Positions 15,655-25,985 of a stretch of DNA of 64,000 nucleotides are shown here, one piece after another. The stretch's first letter is position 1. The number at the start of each line of letters is the position of its first letter. The notes below the pieces were generated by a model. The model did no database searches and had not been told where the DNA came from. It saw only the letters and a program-made list of their open reading frames with translations. The stretch comes from a virus, in the IMG/VR virus record IMGVR_UViG_3300045118_000377, positions 1 to 64,000 of that record; one strand, written 5' to 3'. The position numbers were made by a program, and so were the translations under genes.

Positions 15655-18600
15655 ATGCCGATCACCAGTACCCAGATGGCAGGACTGGTCGGCGGTCAGC
15701 AGGCCATGTTCGGCAACATGGCCACGTACGCCGCTCAGATCAGTCCATTCGCACCACAGGGCATGGCCCCGACCTACACCAATCCGATGGCGGGTGCCGA
15801 TTTCCCGGCTGCAGGATACGCCCCAGGTCAGGCCGACTACATGCAGGGAGCCGCTCAAGCCCCTGGAATGATCGGGGCGGCCGCGGCGTTCGGGGCTCCT
15901 GCTCTTGGGCTTGCCGGGATGGCGATTGGTGGACCAGTCGGTGGCATGCTCGATCCCATGACCGGTGCTATGCGTGGCCTCGGCCGTGGGGTGGGGTGGA
16001 AGTCTGGAGCGGGGTGGGGCGCGAATCTCGGCCGTGTGATGAGCAGCGGTATCGGCGGCATAGCTCGAGGCATTGGGCTCGGTGCGATCGGCGCACTGCC
16101 AGGCTTGGCCATCTCTGGAGCGATCCAGTATGCCGGCGGGCAGATGATGGAGGGTGCGGAAGAGCGCAACCAGACTCTACGCTTCCTCCAGCAGAATTTC
16201 CGATTCGCGAATCCCCAAGCGCGCGGAGGATTCGGTTTCCGCCAAGAGGAACAGGAGGGCATCCACCGCACGATAGCCGAGATGGGAGGTCAGATCGGGA
16301 CTACCGTCCGTGAGATGCAGGGCATCATGGGTGGCGCGGCGCGCATGGGTGTGTTTCAGGGCGTGCGCGATGCGAAGGAGTTCCAGGCCAAGTTCAAGGA
16401 GACTGTCGGCGCGCTGACGGAGATCGCAAAGACATTCAACACGACTCTGAACGAAGCCATGCCGATGTTTGGTGAGGCCCGACGTCAGGGCTTCTGGACT
16501 CCACAAGACATCACCCGTCATGCGCAGTCGATCCGACAGGTCCAGGCCACCACCGGCATGAGCGCACATCAGGCTCAGCAGTACACCGGCGCGATGGCCC
16601 AGGTCGTTCAGGGGATCGGAGGGACGCTGCAGCAGGGATCGAACCTTGGGGCGCGCATGCTCGGTCAGGCGGGCGCGGCAGCGTTCGCCGGCAGCATGAC
16701 CGATCAACAGCTGCAGAACGCGGGCTTCGGTACCGGCACCCAGGGCGTGGGGAACTTCGCCATGTTCATGGGGCAAGCGAACGCTCGCTTCGCTTCCTCC
16801 CGCGTCGGGCGCTGGGCACTGGCCGCCATGATGAACCGCAGCGGCGACATCGATCCCGAACTCATGCAGCGGTTCTCCCGTGGTGAGATGGGGGTCGGTG
16901 AACTCCAGCGGCGAGCAGAACGCAATGTCGGTGGGCCTGGAACAACCGGTCGTCCGGGGGGCGCAGAGCAGTTCTTGATGAACGAGGAAGAGCTCCGCGG
17001 TCAGTTCGCGGAGCAAGGAGGTGCGGAGGGGTTCGTTCGCAGGATGGCTGGCAGCAACCTGTGGGGGACGGACTCCCGTTCCCAGCTCATCACCAGAAGG
17101 ATGATCCAGCGCTTCCTCGGTGGCGACCGCAGGCAAGCCGACATGATCGCTCAGCGGATGCGTGACATGCCGCGTATCCTTGCCACGCAAGCTGCCCAGA
17201 CCGAGCAGCAAGCCGATATGATCCAGCGGCAGCAGCAGAGCTCGATGGACGACACGTGGCAAGGCATCACACGCAAGGTAGGTCAGTGGTGGCGGCAGAC
17301 CGTGACCGATCCCCTCAAGGAGTTCGGGGCGAACCTGGGCGCGGAGTGGAGTAGGGCGTGGCAAAGCATCAGTGAGAAGGTGTGGGGAGGCGGCGCTCGT
17401 CCTACCATCTCCGGCGGTGCGATCAGAGGATGGGTTGCGGCAGCTACTTCTGGAAATATGGCCACCCTGCGTCATCAGTTCGGAACGCGCGGTCTGACCG
17501 AGCAGGTCATGGGGCGTCCCTTGACTGGCATGGCGGGCGTCCAGAACGAAGACACGATGAGGCAGCTGGGGATTGGGGCTGCTGGCATCGGGATGACGGG
17601 CGGCTTGTTCAGCCGACCAGAGATGCGTTACGGGGCCGCCGACATCAGGCGTGGTGAGGCCCTTGCTGGTGCCAGCCGCGGCGAAGTGTCGCTGGAGGAG
17701 GCCCGCGCGATGGGCTACGGCAGCACCGGAGACTGGCAGGCGCAGAAAGAGGGAGCGGCCGGTCGACAGTACCGTGAGTTCCTCCAGAGCAATGCCGCCC
17801 TGCGGATAGCAGATACAGCGAAGTCCCTGGGGGGTCTCCCTGGTCAGGACCGGATGAAGATCCAGAGGCAGATGCAGCTTGCCTACTTGCAATCAGGTGC
17901 TGCTGGGGCCGACATCCAGAAGGCGGTCAGCACCGGCGATCAGGGTCAGAATCTGGCTCGCATGCTCTCGTACATGAACGCAGAAGATCGACGCGGCAGG
18001 ACCGGAGATGCTGGTCTTGCTGGCCCTGGTGGGGGTCTGTCCGGGCTCCGTGGTCGTGAGCTTATGGAGCGGATCGAGCAGATTCATGAGGGCGCGGCCA
18101 TCATGTTGGGAGGCGGACCCGGTGGAATTCCAGGAACCACCAGGGTCACTGGAGCAGCGATCAAGGAACTCGCAGATCACCCGGATACTGCGGATGCCTT
18201 GAAGCTGATGCACGATGCTCAGACGGAGAGAGACCCAAAGAAGGCGTCGGAGCTGAAGGCCGAGGCGCTCAGGAAGCTCAATCAGGCTGGCAACAACAAT
18301 GAGAACGGTCTGTCAGAGTCTGCGCGTAAGGCCTTGCTTGAGCTGGGTAGCGGCAGTGCTATGGGCAATGTGGTTGCCGGGACTCTCGGCGCTGCCAGGA
18401 AAGTTCAAGACTCCGAGGCCATAAAAGGGATCCATGAAGGCCGTATGCAACGCCTGCGCGGTCGACTTGGTGAAGAGGGCACCAAGAGACTGAACGATCT
18501 GTCCAACAAGACCAAGCTTGGCAAGGCCATCACTGCCTACATGGGAGGGGCGGGGGGTGCAGAAGAACGATATGAGGCCCTCAAAAAGATCGCCGAGGAA

Positions 18601-19239
18601 GCTCGAACGGATCCTAAAGCCGCGGCCAGGGCGTTGGACATGCTCAGCAAGGCGGGGTCAGGTGCGGGTGCAGAGGAGATGATCCAGACCATCATGGGCG
18701 CGCAGGAATCGGGCCGGATCCGGGACATGGGAGAGCGGGAAGAAGCGGCAGCCGCTACCGGCAAGGGTGCGGCTGCCGGCAAGGCGCGCGGTCAGATGCA
18801 GCAGTTCCTCGGGTACATGGGGATCAGCGGCAAGGATACCCGTGGATTCGCCGCCGCCATGGTCTCTGGTACGATGAGCAAGGAGACCAAGGATCGCATC
18901 GAGTCGAAGCTGCGTGAGCAGCTTGGGTGGAAGTCGGAAGACATCAAGGAGTTTTTGAAGGACGCGCAGGGTGGCTTGACGACCAAGGAGAAGACGAAGT
19001 GGGCAAATCGCTTCGAAGCAGGACGGGGGATCTCGGTCAACGACCCGGAGGTTGCTGCGCGAAGGGCCAAGTTCGAGGAGTCCATGCGGACGGTGACGGG
19101 ACGGGAGACGAAGACCGAGAGCCTACTGCAGCAGCAGCTTCGAGTGCTCGAGGACATCAAGGCCGGTGTTTCAGAGAACAAGACCGGCCAGCCAGCCAGC
19201 TCTGAACCGGGCGGCGGCGGGCCTCCTAAGAAGAAGTAG
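15655..19239 (+). CDS. Tape measure-like protein (~1190 aa)
   Basis: Long G/A/M/Q-rich helical protein at the head of the tail module. Start at ATG 15655 after GGAG. Confidence 0.65.
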   Translation: MPITSTQMAGLVGGQQAMFGNMATYAAQISPFAPQGMAPTYTNPMAGADFPAAGYAPGQADYMQGAAQAPGMIGAAAAFGAPALGLAGMAIGGPVGGMLDPMTGAMRGLGRGVGWKSGAGWGANLGRVMSSGIGGIARGIGLGAIGALPGLAISGAIQYAGGQMMEGAEERNQTLRFLQQNFRFANPQARGGFGFRQEEQEGIHRTIAEMGGQIGTTVREMQGIMGGAARMGVFQGVRDAKEFQAKFKETVGALTEIAKTFNTTLNEAMPMFGEARRQGFWTPQDITRHAQSIRQVQATTGMSAHQAQQYTGAMAQVVQGIGGTLQQGSNLGARMLGQAGAAAFAGSMTDQQLQNAGFGTGTQGVGNFAMFMGQANARFASSRVGRWALAAMMNRSGDIDPELMQRFSRGEMGVGELQRRAERNVGGPGTTGRPGGAEQFLMNEEELRGQFAEQGGAEGFVRRMAGSNLWGTDSRSQLITRRMIQRFLGGDRRQADMIAQRMRDMPRILATQAAQTEQQADMIQRQQQSSMDDTWQGITRKVGQWWRQTVTDPLKEFGANLGAEWSRAWQSISEKVWGGGARPTISGGAIRGWVAAATSGNMATLRHQFGTRGLTEQVMGRPLTGMAGVQNEDTMRQLGIGAAGIGMTGGLFSRPEMRYGAADIRRGEALAGASRGEVSLEEARAMGYGSTGDWQAQKEGAAGRQYREFLQSNAALRIADTAKSLGGLPGQDRMKIQRQMQLAYLQSGAAGADIQKAVSTGDQGQNLARMLSYMNAEDRRGRTGDAGLAGPGGGLSGLRGRELMERIEQIHEGAAIMLGGGPGGIPGTTRVTGAAIKELADHPDTADALKLMHDAQTERDPKKASELKAEALRKLNQAGNNNENGLSESARKALLELGSGSAMGNVVAGTLGAARKVQDSEAIKGIHEGRMQRLRGRLGEEGTKRLNDLSNKTKLGKAITAYMGGAGGAEERYEALKKIAEEARTDPKAAARALDMLSKAGSGAGAEEMIQTIMGAQESGRIRDMGEREEAAAATGKGAAAGKARGQMQQFLGYMGISGKDTRGFAAAMVSGTMSKETKDRIESKLREQLGWKSEDIKEFLKDAQGGLTTKEKTKWANRFEAGRGISVNDPEVAARRAKFEESMRTVTGRETKTESLLQQQLRVLEDIKAGVSENKTGQPASSEPGGGGPPKKK

Positions 19240-19246
19240 GTGATCG

Positions 19247-19492
19247 ATGTCCAGGATCCAGGGAGTAGGAACCAACGCCACGCCCAAGAGGGCCACTGCC
19301 ATCGTTCGCTACCCCATGCGAGATGGCAGGACGCTCACGGTCTACATCCGAGACACGATCGTCGTGGAGGACCCGTACTTGAAGTTGGTCAAGGCCAAAC
19401 TCTACTCCGTCCGTACTGGCAACCCGTTCATGGCCGACATGACGGACAGGACGATCAAGGACTCGTTGATCAAGGTCAACATCCAGATCTGA
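19247..19492 (+). CDS. Hypothetical protein (81 aa)
   Basis: Fills the operon gap; typical codon usage. Confidence 0.7.
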   Translation: MSRIQGVGTNATPKRATAIVRYPMRDGRTLTVYIRDTIVVEDPYLKLVKAKLYSVRTGNPFMADMTDRTIKDSLIKVNIQI

Positions 19493-19499
19493 GGAAACG

Positions 19500-20849
19500 A
19501 TGGCCGTTTTCATTGAGATCCAGGCGGACAAGTTCAAGACCATCATCGACTCGCTTGCCATGCAGCGGCCGCGGTTCGAGAACGTGCGCCGTCCCTTCCG
19601 TGGCATCGAGATCAAGGAGGACACCTACGCCGTCCTGAAGGTCATTCGCGCCAGCGGCAAGGAGATCCCACTCTTCGACGCCGGTGCCCGTCTCAACGGC
19701 TATAGCGGAGATCACAACACGCCGGAGGACTGGGCAGATCCCGACTACCAGCAGAAGGCCTCGTTCCCATCGGAAGGATGCACGTTCAACTACTCCAACT
19801 TCATCGCGCAGCAGGTGATCGATTCCAGGCAGGAGAAGAGCCAGGTCGTGGAGACCTTCGGCGAGCCCTACATCTTCTTCTTCGGAGAGAAGCCGCGCAT
19901 CCTCCAGGTGCAGGGCGTCCTGTTCAACACGTTCGACTTCAACTGGAAGGCGGAGTTCCTACGCAACTACGAGAAGTGGTTGCGCGGCACGCGCCTGGTC
20001 GAGGAGAACGCGCGCACGTACTTCTACTACGGCGATCAGATCGTGGAAGGGTACATGCTCAACGCCCAGGTCGTAGACACGGCCGACAACCCCTATCACG
20101 TGTCGTTCATGTTCAATCTGTTCGTCACGGCACACACCTACCTCGGAGTCATTGACAACACCGGCATGTATCCGATCTCTGCCAACGTCCAGATTCCACC
20201 GGACACGCTCACGGACAAGGCCAACTTCAACGAGAAGATCCGTCAGCTCCGTGAACAGGCGGCGGCCATCGGGCCGTCCCAGCTCCAGAGCAGCATCGAG
20301 GACGTGCGGCTGGCAGCGATCGAGAACGCCAACTACGTGACAGGCAAGGCTGCCTTGCATGGGGCCATCATCAAGGGCCTGGCTGACTTCGAGGCCACGA
20401 CCAAGAAGTTCTTGGACAACGTCAAGACCTACTTCTACGGCCGCCGCACGATAGTCCCTACAGGTCTGGCTGGGGCCGAGGGGTTCGTTGGAGACGCGCT
20501 GAAAGCGAACGAAGCCACGTTCGCGGGCGAACCCATCCAGCGTGAGTTGCCGTTGAGGAGCCGCATCAGCGACAACTTCGACGAGTACGTCGGCGACTTC
20601 GGTATGCCTGGCGTCTTCGACCAGGATGCGATCGATGCCGCTATCGAGGCCAATGCCATGTACGACAAGGACATGTACGAGGCCAGCCTTCGGCTGCAGC
20701 TTGCCAGCATGGGAGTAGACGTGTCGGATCCCAATGTTCTGCAGAAGCTGCGGTCTGAAGCCACCAACACGATCGTGGCACTGGCCGGAACCGTGGACTT
20801 CGTGGCCGGTATGGGAAGAGGCATCGCTGAGATCACAGGGATCGGATAA
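19500..20849 (+). CDS. Putative tail tube initiator/baseplate-associated protein
   Basis: Position after the tape measure gene; EKSQVVETFGEPYIFFFGEKPR segment. Function inferred from context. Confidence 0.45.
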   Translation: MAVFIEIQADKFKTIIDSLAMQRPRFENVRRPFRGIEIKEDTYAVLKVIRASGKEIPLFDAGARLNGYSGDHNTPEDWADPDYQQKASFPSEGCTFNYSNFIAQQVIDSRQEKSQVVETFGEPYIFFFGEKPRILQVQGVLFNTFDFNWKAEFLRNYEKWLRGTRLVEENARTYFYYGDQIVEGYMLNAQVVDTADNPYHVSFMFNLFVTAHTYLGVIDNTGMYPISANVQIPPDTLTDKANFNEKIRQLREQAAAIGPSQLQSSIEDVRLAAIENANYVTGKAALHGAIIKGLADFEATTKKFLDNVKTYFYGRRTIVPTGLAGAEGFVGDALKANEATFAGEPIQRELPLRSRISDNFDEYVGDFGMPGVFDQDAIDAAIEANAMYDKDMYEASLRLQLASMGVDVSDPNVLQKLRSEATNTIVALAGTVDFVAGMGRGIAEITGIG

Positions 20850-23800
20850 TGGCACAGGGCCACCCTCTACACCTGCGGCTGTTCCTCGAGGGCGTGGAGG
20901 TCCCCGTGGTCAGCGCGCAGATCCAAATCGCGGCCAACACACCTGCCTCGGCTTCGATTCAGGTGATCGCGACCGACAAGGTGCTGGACCTTCTGCCTCG
21001 CACGGTCGTCCACCTCTTCTTCTACGACTACGTGGAGGCTGGCAACACCGCGCTCGAGCGCGACCCGGCGAGCAGGGTCTACGATGCGACGGGAGAAGAG
21101 GTGCTGGACTACAACGACCAGGACTTCTTCAACAGCCGCTACAAGCTGCTGTTCATGGGCGAGATGTTCTCGATCGAGTTCCAGAAGACCAGTCTCTCCC
21201 GTGCGGTCGTGCTCCAGTGCAGCGACTTCTCCAACTACTGGGACACGACCTACCAGTACAACTTCGGCGGTAGTCTCTTCGGCGGTCGCAAGGAGGCAGC
21301 CTTCATCGGGGCCAACAGCAACTTCTTCACTGGCATCCTGGGACATGGGACCGGGACGATCAGTGCCTTGCTCAACTCGCGTTCGGTGAACTTCCCCGAG
21401 CTCCGCGGGCTGCTGGCTGGCGTCGTGCGCATGCTCGAGGCCATCGGAGGCAGCTACTACGGGAAGAACGCATTCCGTGGGTGCAACGACTTCACCTCGA
21501 TCGCCGAGCTGCGACTGAAGATCTTGCAGCAGATCACTGCGGCTGAGAAGGACACCAGCACAGCCAAGCTGTTCGCTCGCAAAGCGTTCAACATGTGGAT
21601 GAACCGGCAGAGCGGCAGCCTCGGGAAGCTCGTCACCTTTCGTGGGCTCGTGAAGTTGATGTTCGACTTCATCTTCCACGAGGTCTATCCGTGCCCGGCT
21701 GCCAAGTACGTCCCGGCCACGGCGAAGGAGGAGAAAAGGAAGACCTCGGTTCCTCTCTCGCAGTCGAACACGTACAAGGGCTTCTTGGGGACGGTGAAGA
21801 CCACCTACGGCAAGGTCGACTGGGCGTTTTCCCAGCTGAAGGCTTGGCACAGCTACAACGATCAGCCGGAGGATATCCAGCAGGAAGGGATGAAGAGATA
21901 TCAGATCGCTTTCATGTACGCCGAGAAGGCGGTCAACACGATGTACACGCTGGGCATGACCCAGCCGGCCAGCGCATCGACGGGCATCGCAAAAGAGATC
22001 TCTACGATCCACGTCAACATCAAGCTCATCGGTGGCCTGCAGATGCACAAGGGCTTCAGTAGCCGCGGCTGGAAGGTCAACACTTCCTACTTCGACTACA
22101 CGCAGGTCACGAACCGGTACGACGAGTGCATCTCCGCGTTCAAGAGGCTGCTTGGGCTGAGGCAATCTGGATCGAAGAAGGTCACGGTCAACATGCAGGC
22201 GCGGGTCAACAATCAGATCTTCAGACCCGACATCTTCTACGCGCCGCCGCCTCGGTGCAACGTGCTGTTCCCTGAGACCTACGACAACTTCGCCTTCGGC
22301 CGTCAGTACATGCGAGAGGTCTCCCGGCTCGAGCTCCAGACGCACAACGAGCTTCTGGGCAATGATGCGCTCTTCAACGGCTTCTACTACGCGCCCGACA
22401 TCGAGGATGTTCGCCGCGGCGTGAAGCTGAGCAGCCGGCGCTTTGCTCAGTTGATCATGGACCACGAGCTCTACACCGGCATCATCCCGATGTTCGAGAA
22501 CATGAGCGAGGCGAACATCTTCTCGATGGCGTCGGGGAAGAGCGTGAAGGAAGGAGAGAAGGTCGGCTTCGCTCAGCGAGCGGTCAACCACCAGTACTTC
22601 AAGTACCGCTTCCAGTCACGTTCGATGGAAGCCGGCGGGCGCTTCAATCCCTATTTCGTACCCGGCTTCCCGTCGTTGATCATTGACAAGCCCATGGACG
22701 TGGCCCGTCTCCAGATCGCGGCCATGCCTCTCGACGAGCAGTTCAAGGCTCTGAGCCTGAAGGTCGATCCCAAGGAGAAGGTCACCAGATCCCAGATCTT
22801 GCAGCAGTTGGTCAGCCCGCAGTACTTGGGTGTGTGCGCGAGCCTGGTCCATTCCGTCACGCAGGATGGCGGCCGAACCCAGTACCAGTTCATGCACGCG
22901 CGGGTCCATCGAGAGAGCACCGAATTCCTGGGTGTGGACAAGGTCACGGTGTCCAGGGTGCTTGGATCGGCTTCGCGACCGACTGTGGTGGCCGCCCCCG
23001 AAGTGATGATGCCGAAAGCCGGAAGTAGGGGCCCGAAGAACGGAACGATCACGTCTGTGAAGGACGTGACCAAGTCCTTCAAGGGCAAGATCTTGCCGGT
23101 GCTGGGCACTGGCGTCAGAGCGGCCGTTGGGAGCGAGATGCCGAGGTACATGTTCAAGTACTTCAGCGAGAACAAGGTCCCCTACACACCAAAGCCTGGC
23201 CAGTCCAGCCTGGACGCTCCGACGGTAGAGCTCAAGGCCTACAGCATCGTGGAAGCCTTCAGTCGTCGGTACAAGGAGAAGGTAGATCTGCCGATCGAAG
23301 AAGCCATCAAGGCTCCGTGGATCTGGCCGGGGTGGTGCAACCCGCAGATCAATGAGACCTACATGCAGTTCTTCGGGACCACTTCTATCACCGACGTCGC
23401 GGGTGTGAACGCGGCCAATGAGAAGTCGTTCTTCCTTGCAGAGGACGATGTCCAGGTCGTGATGGAAGAGGAGGCGCTCGTCACCAAGGGTACCGGGACC
23501 AAGAAGAAGGCATCCAAGCCGAAGCCACAAGACGTGCGACTGGCAGAGGAGCAGGCGGCCAAGCAGTATCAGAAGACCGTGCTGCTTGCGGACACCGAAC
23601 GCACGGTTGAGAACTCGGTAGACTTCCTCGTTCGGGCCTATAGCTTCGTGAAGGTCAACAACGCTGATGTTGGAGACTTCCTACGTTCGTATGGATGGCG
23701 TCCGATCGCCACCATCATCGACATCATGGGAAGTGCTGACTTGGAGATCAAGAAGGTCACGAAGAAGATCAAGAAGACTGCACGTCAGAGAGTGGTGAAG

Positions 23801-24187
23801 CAGAAGGCGGGTCGCAAGCAGATCGATGTGGCCGGAGGATACGACATCACGACTAGAGATGCGAACGGGAAGGTCATCGGCAAAGAGCATGTGGGTGGCG
23901 TTCCGATCTATCTCGTCACTGAGGCCGTTTACGGTACGCGCTTCATCACGCGAACGGTGGATCAGACCGGCTACGAGGTCAACGGCAAGGAGGGCTTCCA
24001 CAGCCGTGCGTTCGGCGACGTCGCGGACCTGTTCGGACTCGTGAGTCCCACAGTTCAGCAGGTGCTCAAGCTCGACAAGCAGGGCAAGCGCAAGGTTGCC
24101 GAGCGTCTGGACGTACGGAAGCGTCGCCGGGAGGTCGTCCGCAACTACGTGGAGGAGCTGACCGGTTCTCGAGGACTTCTCGGATGA
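20849..24187 (+). CDS. Putative baseplate hub-like protein (1112 aa)
   Basis: LRLFLEGVEVPV...ASASIQV N-terminus, GRFNPYFVPGFP hub-like motif, and gene order. Confidence 0.5.
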   Translation: MAQGHPLHLRLFLEGVEVPVVSAQIQIAANTPASASIQVIATDKVLDLLPRTVVHLFFYDYVEAGNTALERDPASRVYDATGEEVLDYNDQDFFNSRYKLLFMGEMFSIEFQKTSLSRAVVLQCSDFSNYWDTTYQYNFGGSLFGGRKEAAFIGANSNFFTGILGHGTGTISALLNSRSVNFPELRGLLAGVVRMLEAIGGSYYGKNAFRGCNDFTSIAELRLKILQQITAAEKDTSTAKLFARKAFNMWMNRQSGSLGKLVTFRGLVKLMFDFIFHEVYPCPAAKYVPATAKEEKRKTSVPLSQSNTYKGFLGTVKTTYGKVDWAFSQLKAWHSYNDQPEDIQQEGMKRYQIAFMYAEKAVNTMYTLGMTQPASASTGIAKEISTIHVNIKLIGGLQMHKGFSSRGWKVNTSYFDYTQVTNRYDECISAFKRLLGLRQSGSKKVTVNMQARVNNQIFRPDIFYAPPPRCNVLFPETYDNFAFGRQYMREVSRLELQTHNELLGNDALFNGFYYAPDIEDVRRGVKLSSRRFAQLIMDHELYTGIIPMFENMSEANIFSMASGKSVKEGEKVGFAQRAVNHQYFKYRFQSRSMEAGGRFNPYFVPGFPSLIIDKPMDVARLQIAAMPLDEQFKALSLKVDPKEKVTRSQILQQLVSPQYLGVCASLVHSVTQDGGRTQYQFMHARVHRESTEFLGVDKVTVSRVLGSASRPTVVAAPEVMMPKAGSRGPKNGTITSVKDVTKSFKGKILPVLGTGVRAAVGSEMPRYMFKYFSENKVPYTPKPGQSSLDAPTVELKAYSIVEAFSRRYKEKVDLPIEEAIKAPWIWPGWCNPQINETYMQFFGTTSITDVAGVNAANEKSFFLAEDDVQVVMEEEALVTKGTGTKKKASKPKPQDVRLAEEQAAKQYQKTVLLADTERTVENSVDFLVRAYSFVKVNNADVGDFLRSYGWRPIATIIDIMGSADLEIKKVTKKIKKTARQRVVKQKAGRKQIDVAGGYDITTRDANGKVIGKEHVGGVPIYLVTEAVYGTRFITRTVDQTGYEVNGKEGFHSRAFGDVADLFGLVSPTVQQVLKLDKQGKRKVAERLDVRKRRREVVRNYVEELTGSRGLLG

Positions 24188-24191
24188 TCCC

Positions 24192-24221
24192 TTGCCACCG
24201 CGGGTGGTAGAGAGGTAGACT
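24192..24221 (+). promoter_or_regulatory. sigma70-like promoter TTGCCA-N18-TAGACT (leaderless)
   Basis: ATG 24228 lies 6 nt downstream of the -10 box; no SD. Confidence 0.55.
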
Positions 24222-24227
24222 CGGCCC

Positions 24228-25037
24228 ATGAAACCCCAGATCTTGTTGGGCGTTCTCGGCATGATGGAGAAGGTGGCGGTCTCGAAGCTCATGGCTTCCC
24301 ACACCCAGATCCGCAGGGGCCGACGTCCGTACCGGGTCGACACTCTCCTGAAGCGGAAGGAGCGCGAGGCGGACATCCCCGAGTTCCTCAAGGACGTGCC
24401 TGAGAAGACCGCGGCCAAGGACTACGGCCCAGGCGGCAAGTGGATCCACGACCGCGCCCACAGGATCATGGAGGACAGTCCTGAGACGCCCAAGTCCGTG
24501 GCCTACGCTACTGCCACACAGCAGGCACACAAGGTCGGCAAGAGCCCGAAGGACTTCCGCACGCGCGAGGGCGTGCATGAGGCCAAGATGAAGTACGACG
24601 CCCCCAAGAGCGAGTACCAGAAGACCGCAGGTGTCGAGAAGCAGAAGCGCTTCGCCGAGTTGATCCGAGAAGCCATGAAGGGCGGTATGACCTTCGAACA
24701 GGCGTCCAAGAAGCTCGCGAGGGGCGGATCCAAGGCACTGGCCCCGAGCGCCCCGAAGTCCTCGGCGCTGCATGCGTTCGAGGACGCGCAGAAGGTCGTC
24801 ACGGGTTCAGCGAAACTGGCTGGGTTCTTCGACGAGCTGAACAAGATCAAGACCGCGGGCGTCGGAGTGGATCTGCGCATGCTGACCAAGAGCGGCGTGA
24901 CCAAGATCCACATGCCGAACGAAGAAAGTCTGGAGCAGGCCAAGCAAAAGCTCGAGCGTACCCAACGTGTCGGGGCCGATCTCAAGGTCAAGCCGCCGGA
25001 CCCGAACATCAGAGCGGTCGCCACGAAGACCAAGTGA
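24228..25037 (+). CDS. Hypothetical protein with repeated KxA motifs, possible internal head protein
   Basis: EKVA, EKTA, QKTA, FFDELNKIKTA. Confidence 0.7.
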   Translation: MKPQILLGVLGMMEKVAVSKLMASHTQIRRGRRPYRVDTLLKRKEREADIPEFLKDVPEKTAAKDYGPGGKWIHDRAHRIMEDSPETPKSVAYATATQQAHKVGKSPKDFRTREGVHEAKMKYDAPKSEYQKTAGVEKQKRFAELIREAMKGGMTFEQASKKLARGGSKALAPSAPKSSALHAFEDAQKVVTGSAKLAGFFDELNKIKTAGVGVDLRMLTKSGVTKIHMPNEESLEQAKQKLERTQRVGADLKVKPPDPNIRAVATKTK

Positions 25038-25045
25038 GGTGTTCG

Positions 25046-25567
25046 ATGAAGTACCATAATCGTGATCAGTTCCTGGGAGTCATGAAGAAGATGGCGGCAG
25101 AGTCTCAGCTCGAGCAGAACGTCACGACCTCCGGTGCGCAGCCGAGTCCACCTCCCAAGAAGGAGGGTCCGTCGACTCAGACGGCCAGCCCACCCTCGAT
25201 CTTGATGGAGGGAGTCAACGAGAAGAGCACGCCCGGCGCTCAGGCGGAGATGAAGCCGGCCATCGAGCAGCCGGATGAGGTCAAGCCGACCTCTCCGTTC
25301 AAGTTCCGTGGCCCGGACGAGAGCATGTCGCAGGAGGCCGAGGAGCGCGCGAAGGCCGACGCCAGCGGCAGCCTGGCCGAGGACTTCGAGAACTTCGTCG
25401 AGGGCAAGCGCAAGACCCAGGCGGAGCTCAAGTCGCTCCTCGACAGCTACGGCGGCCAGAGCGCGGCCTCCAGTGAGCAGGCCAAGATCAGCGCGGCCCG
25501 TGAACACGGCTTCCTGGATGAGCTGCAGAAGATCGCGCTCAAGGCCGAGACCGTGCGGGGTAGGTAG
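25046..25567 (+). CDS. Hypothetical protein with GFLDELQKIA motif
   Basis: GAGG SD; low-complexity P/E/S linker. Confidence 0.7.
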   Translation: MKYHNRDQFLGVMKKMAAESQLEQNVTTSGAQPSPPPKKEGPSTQTASPPSILMEGVNEKSTPGAQAEMKPAIEQPDEVKPTSPFKFRGPDESMSQEAEERAKADASGSLAEDFENFVEGKRKTQAELKSLLDSYGGQSAASSEQAKISAAREHGFLDELQKIALKAETVRGR

Positions 25568-25568
25568 C

Positions 25569-25982
25569 ATGGCCATCCACGACTTCGAGCTTGTGAAGAT
25601 CGCGTTCCTGGACGAGCTCCGGAAGATGGCAGCCAGCATGCTGCTCCGCCGTGCTCTCCCGGGCGCGGCAGTAGGTGCAGCAGCCGGTGCGCTGACGGCC
25701 AGCCCAGAGCTGGGTGAGAGTCGCCTCGAGCAGGCGCTCAACTACGGACTGGGTGGGGCCGCGCTCACCGCCGGTGGCGGGAAGCTGCTCGAGCACCAGG
25801 CGCTGAAGCGTGGCCGGCGTGAGCTGCTCGGCCAGTACAAGCGAGGTCTGAAGAAGCTGCATGGTCTGCCTCTGGGACGGGCGGAAGCGTCCATGGCCAA
25901 GGGGCAGTTGCAGCAGAACGTCAGGAGTGCTGGGTCCGAGTTCGAGCAACGGGTTCGATCGACGCCTTTCTTTGGTGTGTGA
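25569..25982 (+). CDS. Hypothetical protein with AFLDELRKMA motif and Gly/Ala hydrophobic segments
   Basis: ATG 25569 right after the previous stop; GAAVGAAAGAL and GLGGAALTAGG. Confidence 0.7.
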   Translation: MAIHDFELVKIAFLDELRKMAASMLLRRALPGAAVGAAAGALTASPELGESRLEQALNYGLGGAALTAGGGKLLEHQALKRGRRELLGQYKRGLKKLHGLPLGRAEASMAKGQLQQNVRSAGSEFEQRVRSTPFFGV

Positions 25983-25985
25983 TCG

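Noticed and set aside
16177-17892. Long antisense ORFs here and at 20867-22591, 44817-46829, 47124-48623 and 57600-59000
   Set aside because: Antisense to clear structural genes; explained by GC3 bias.
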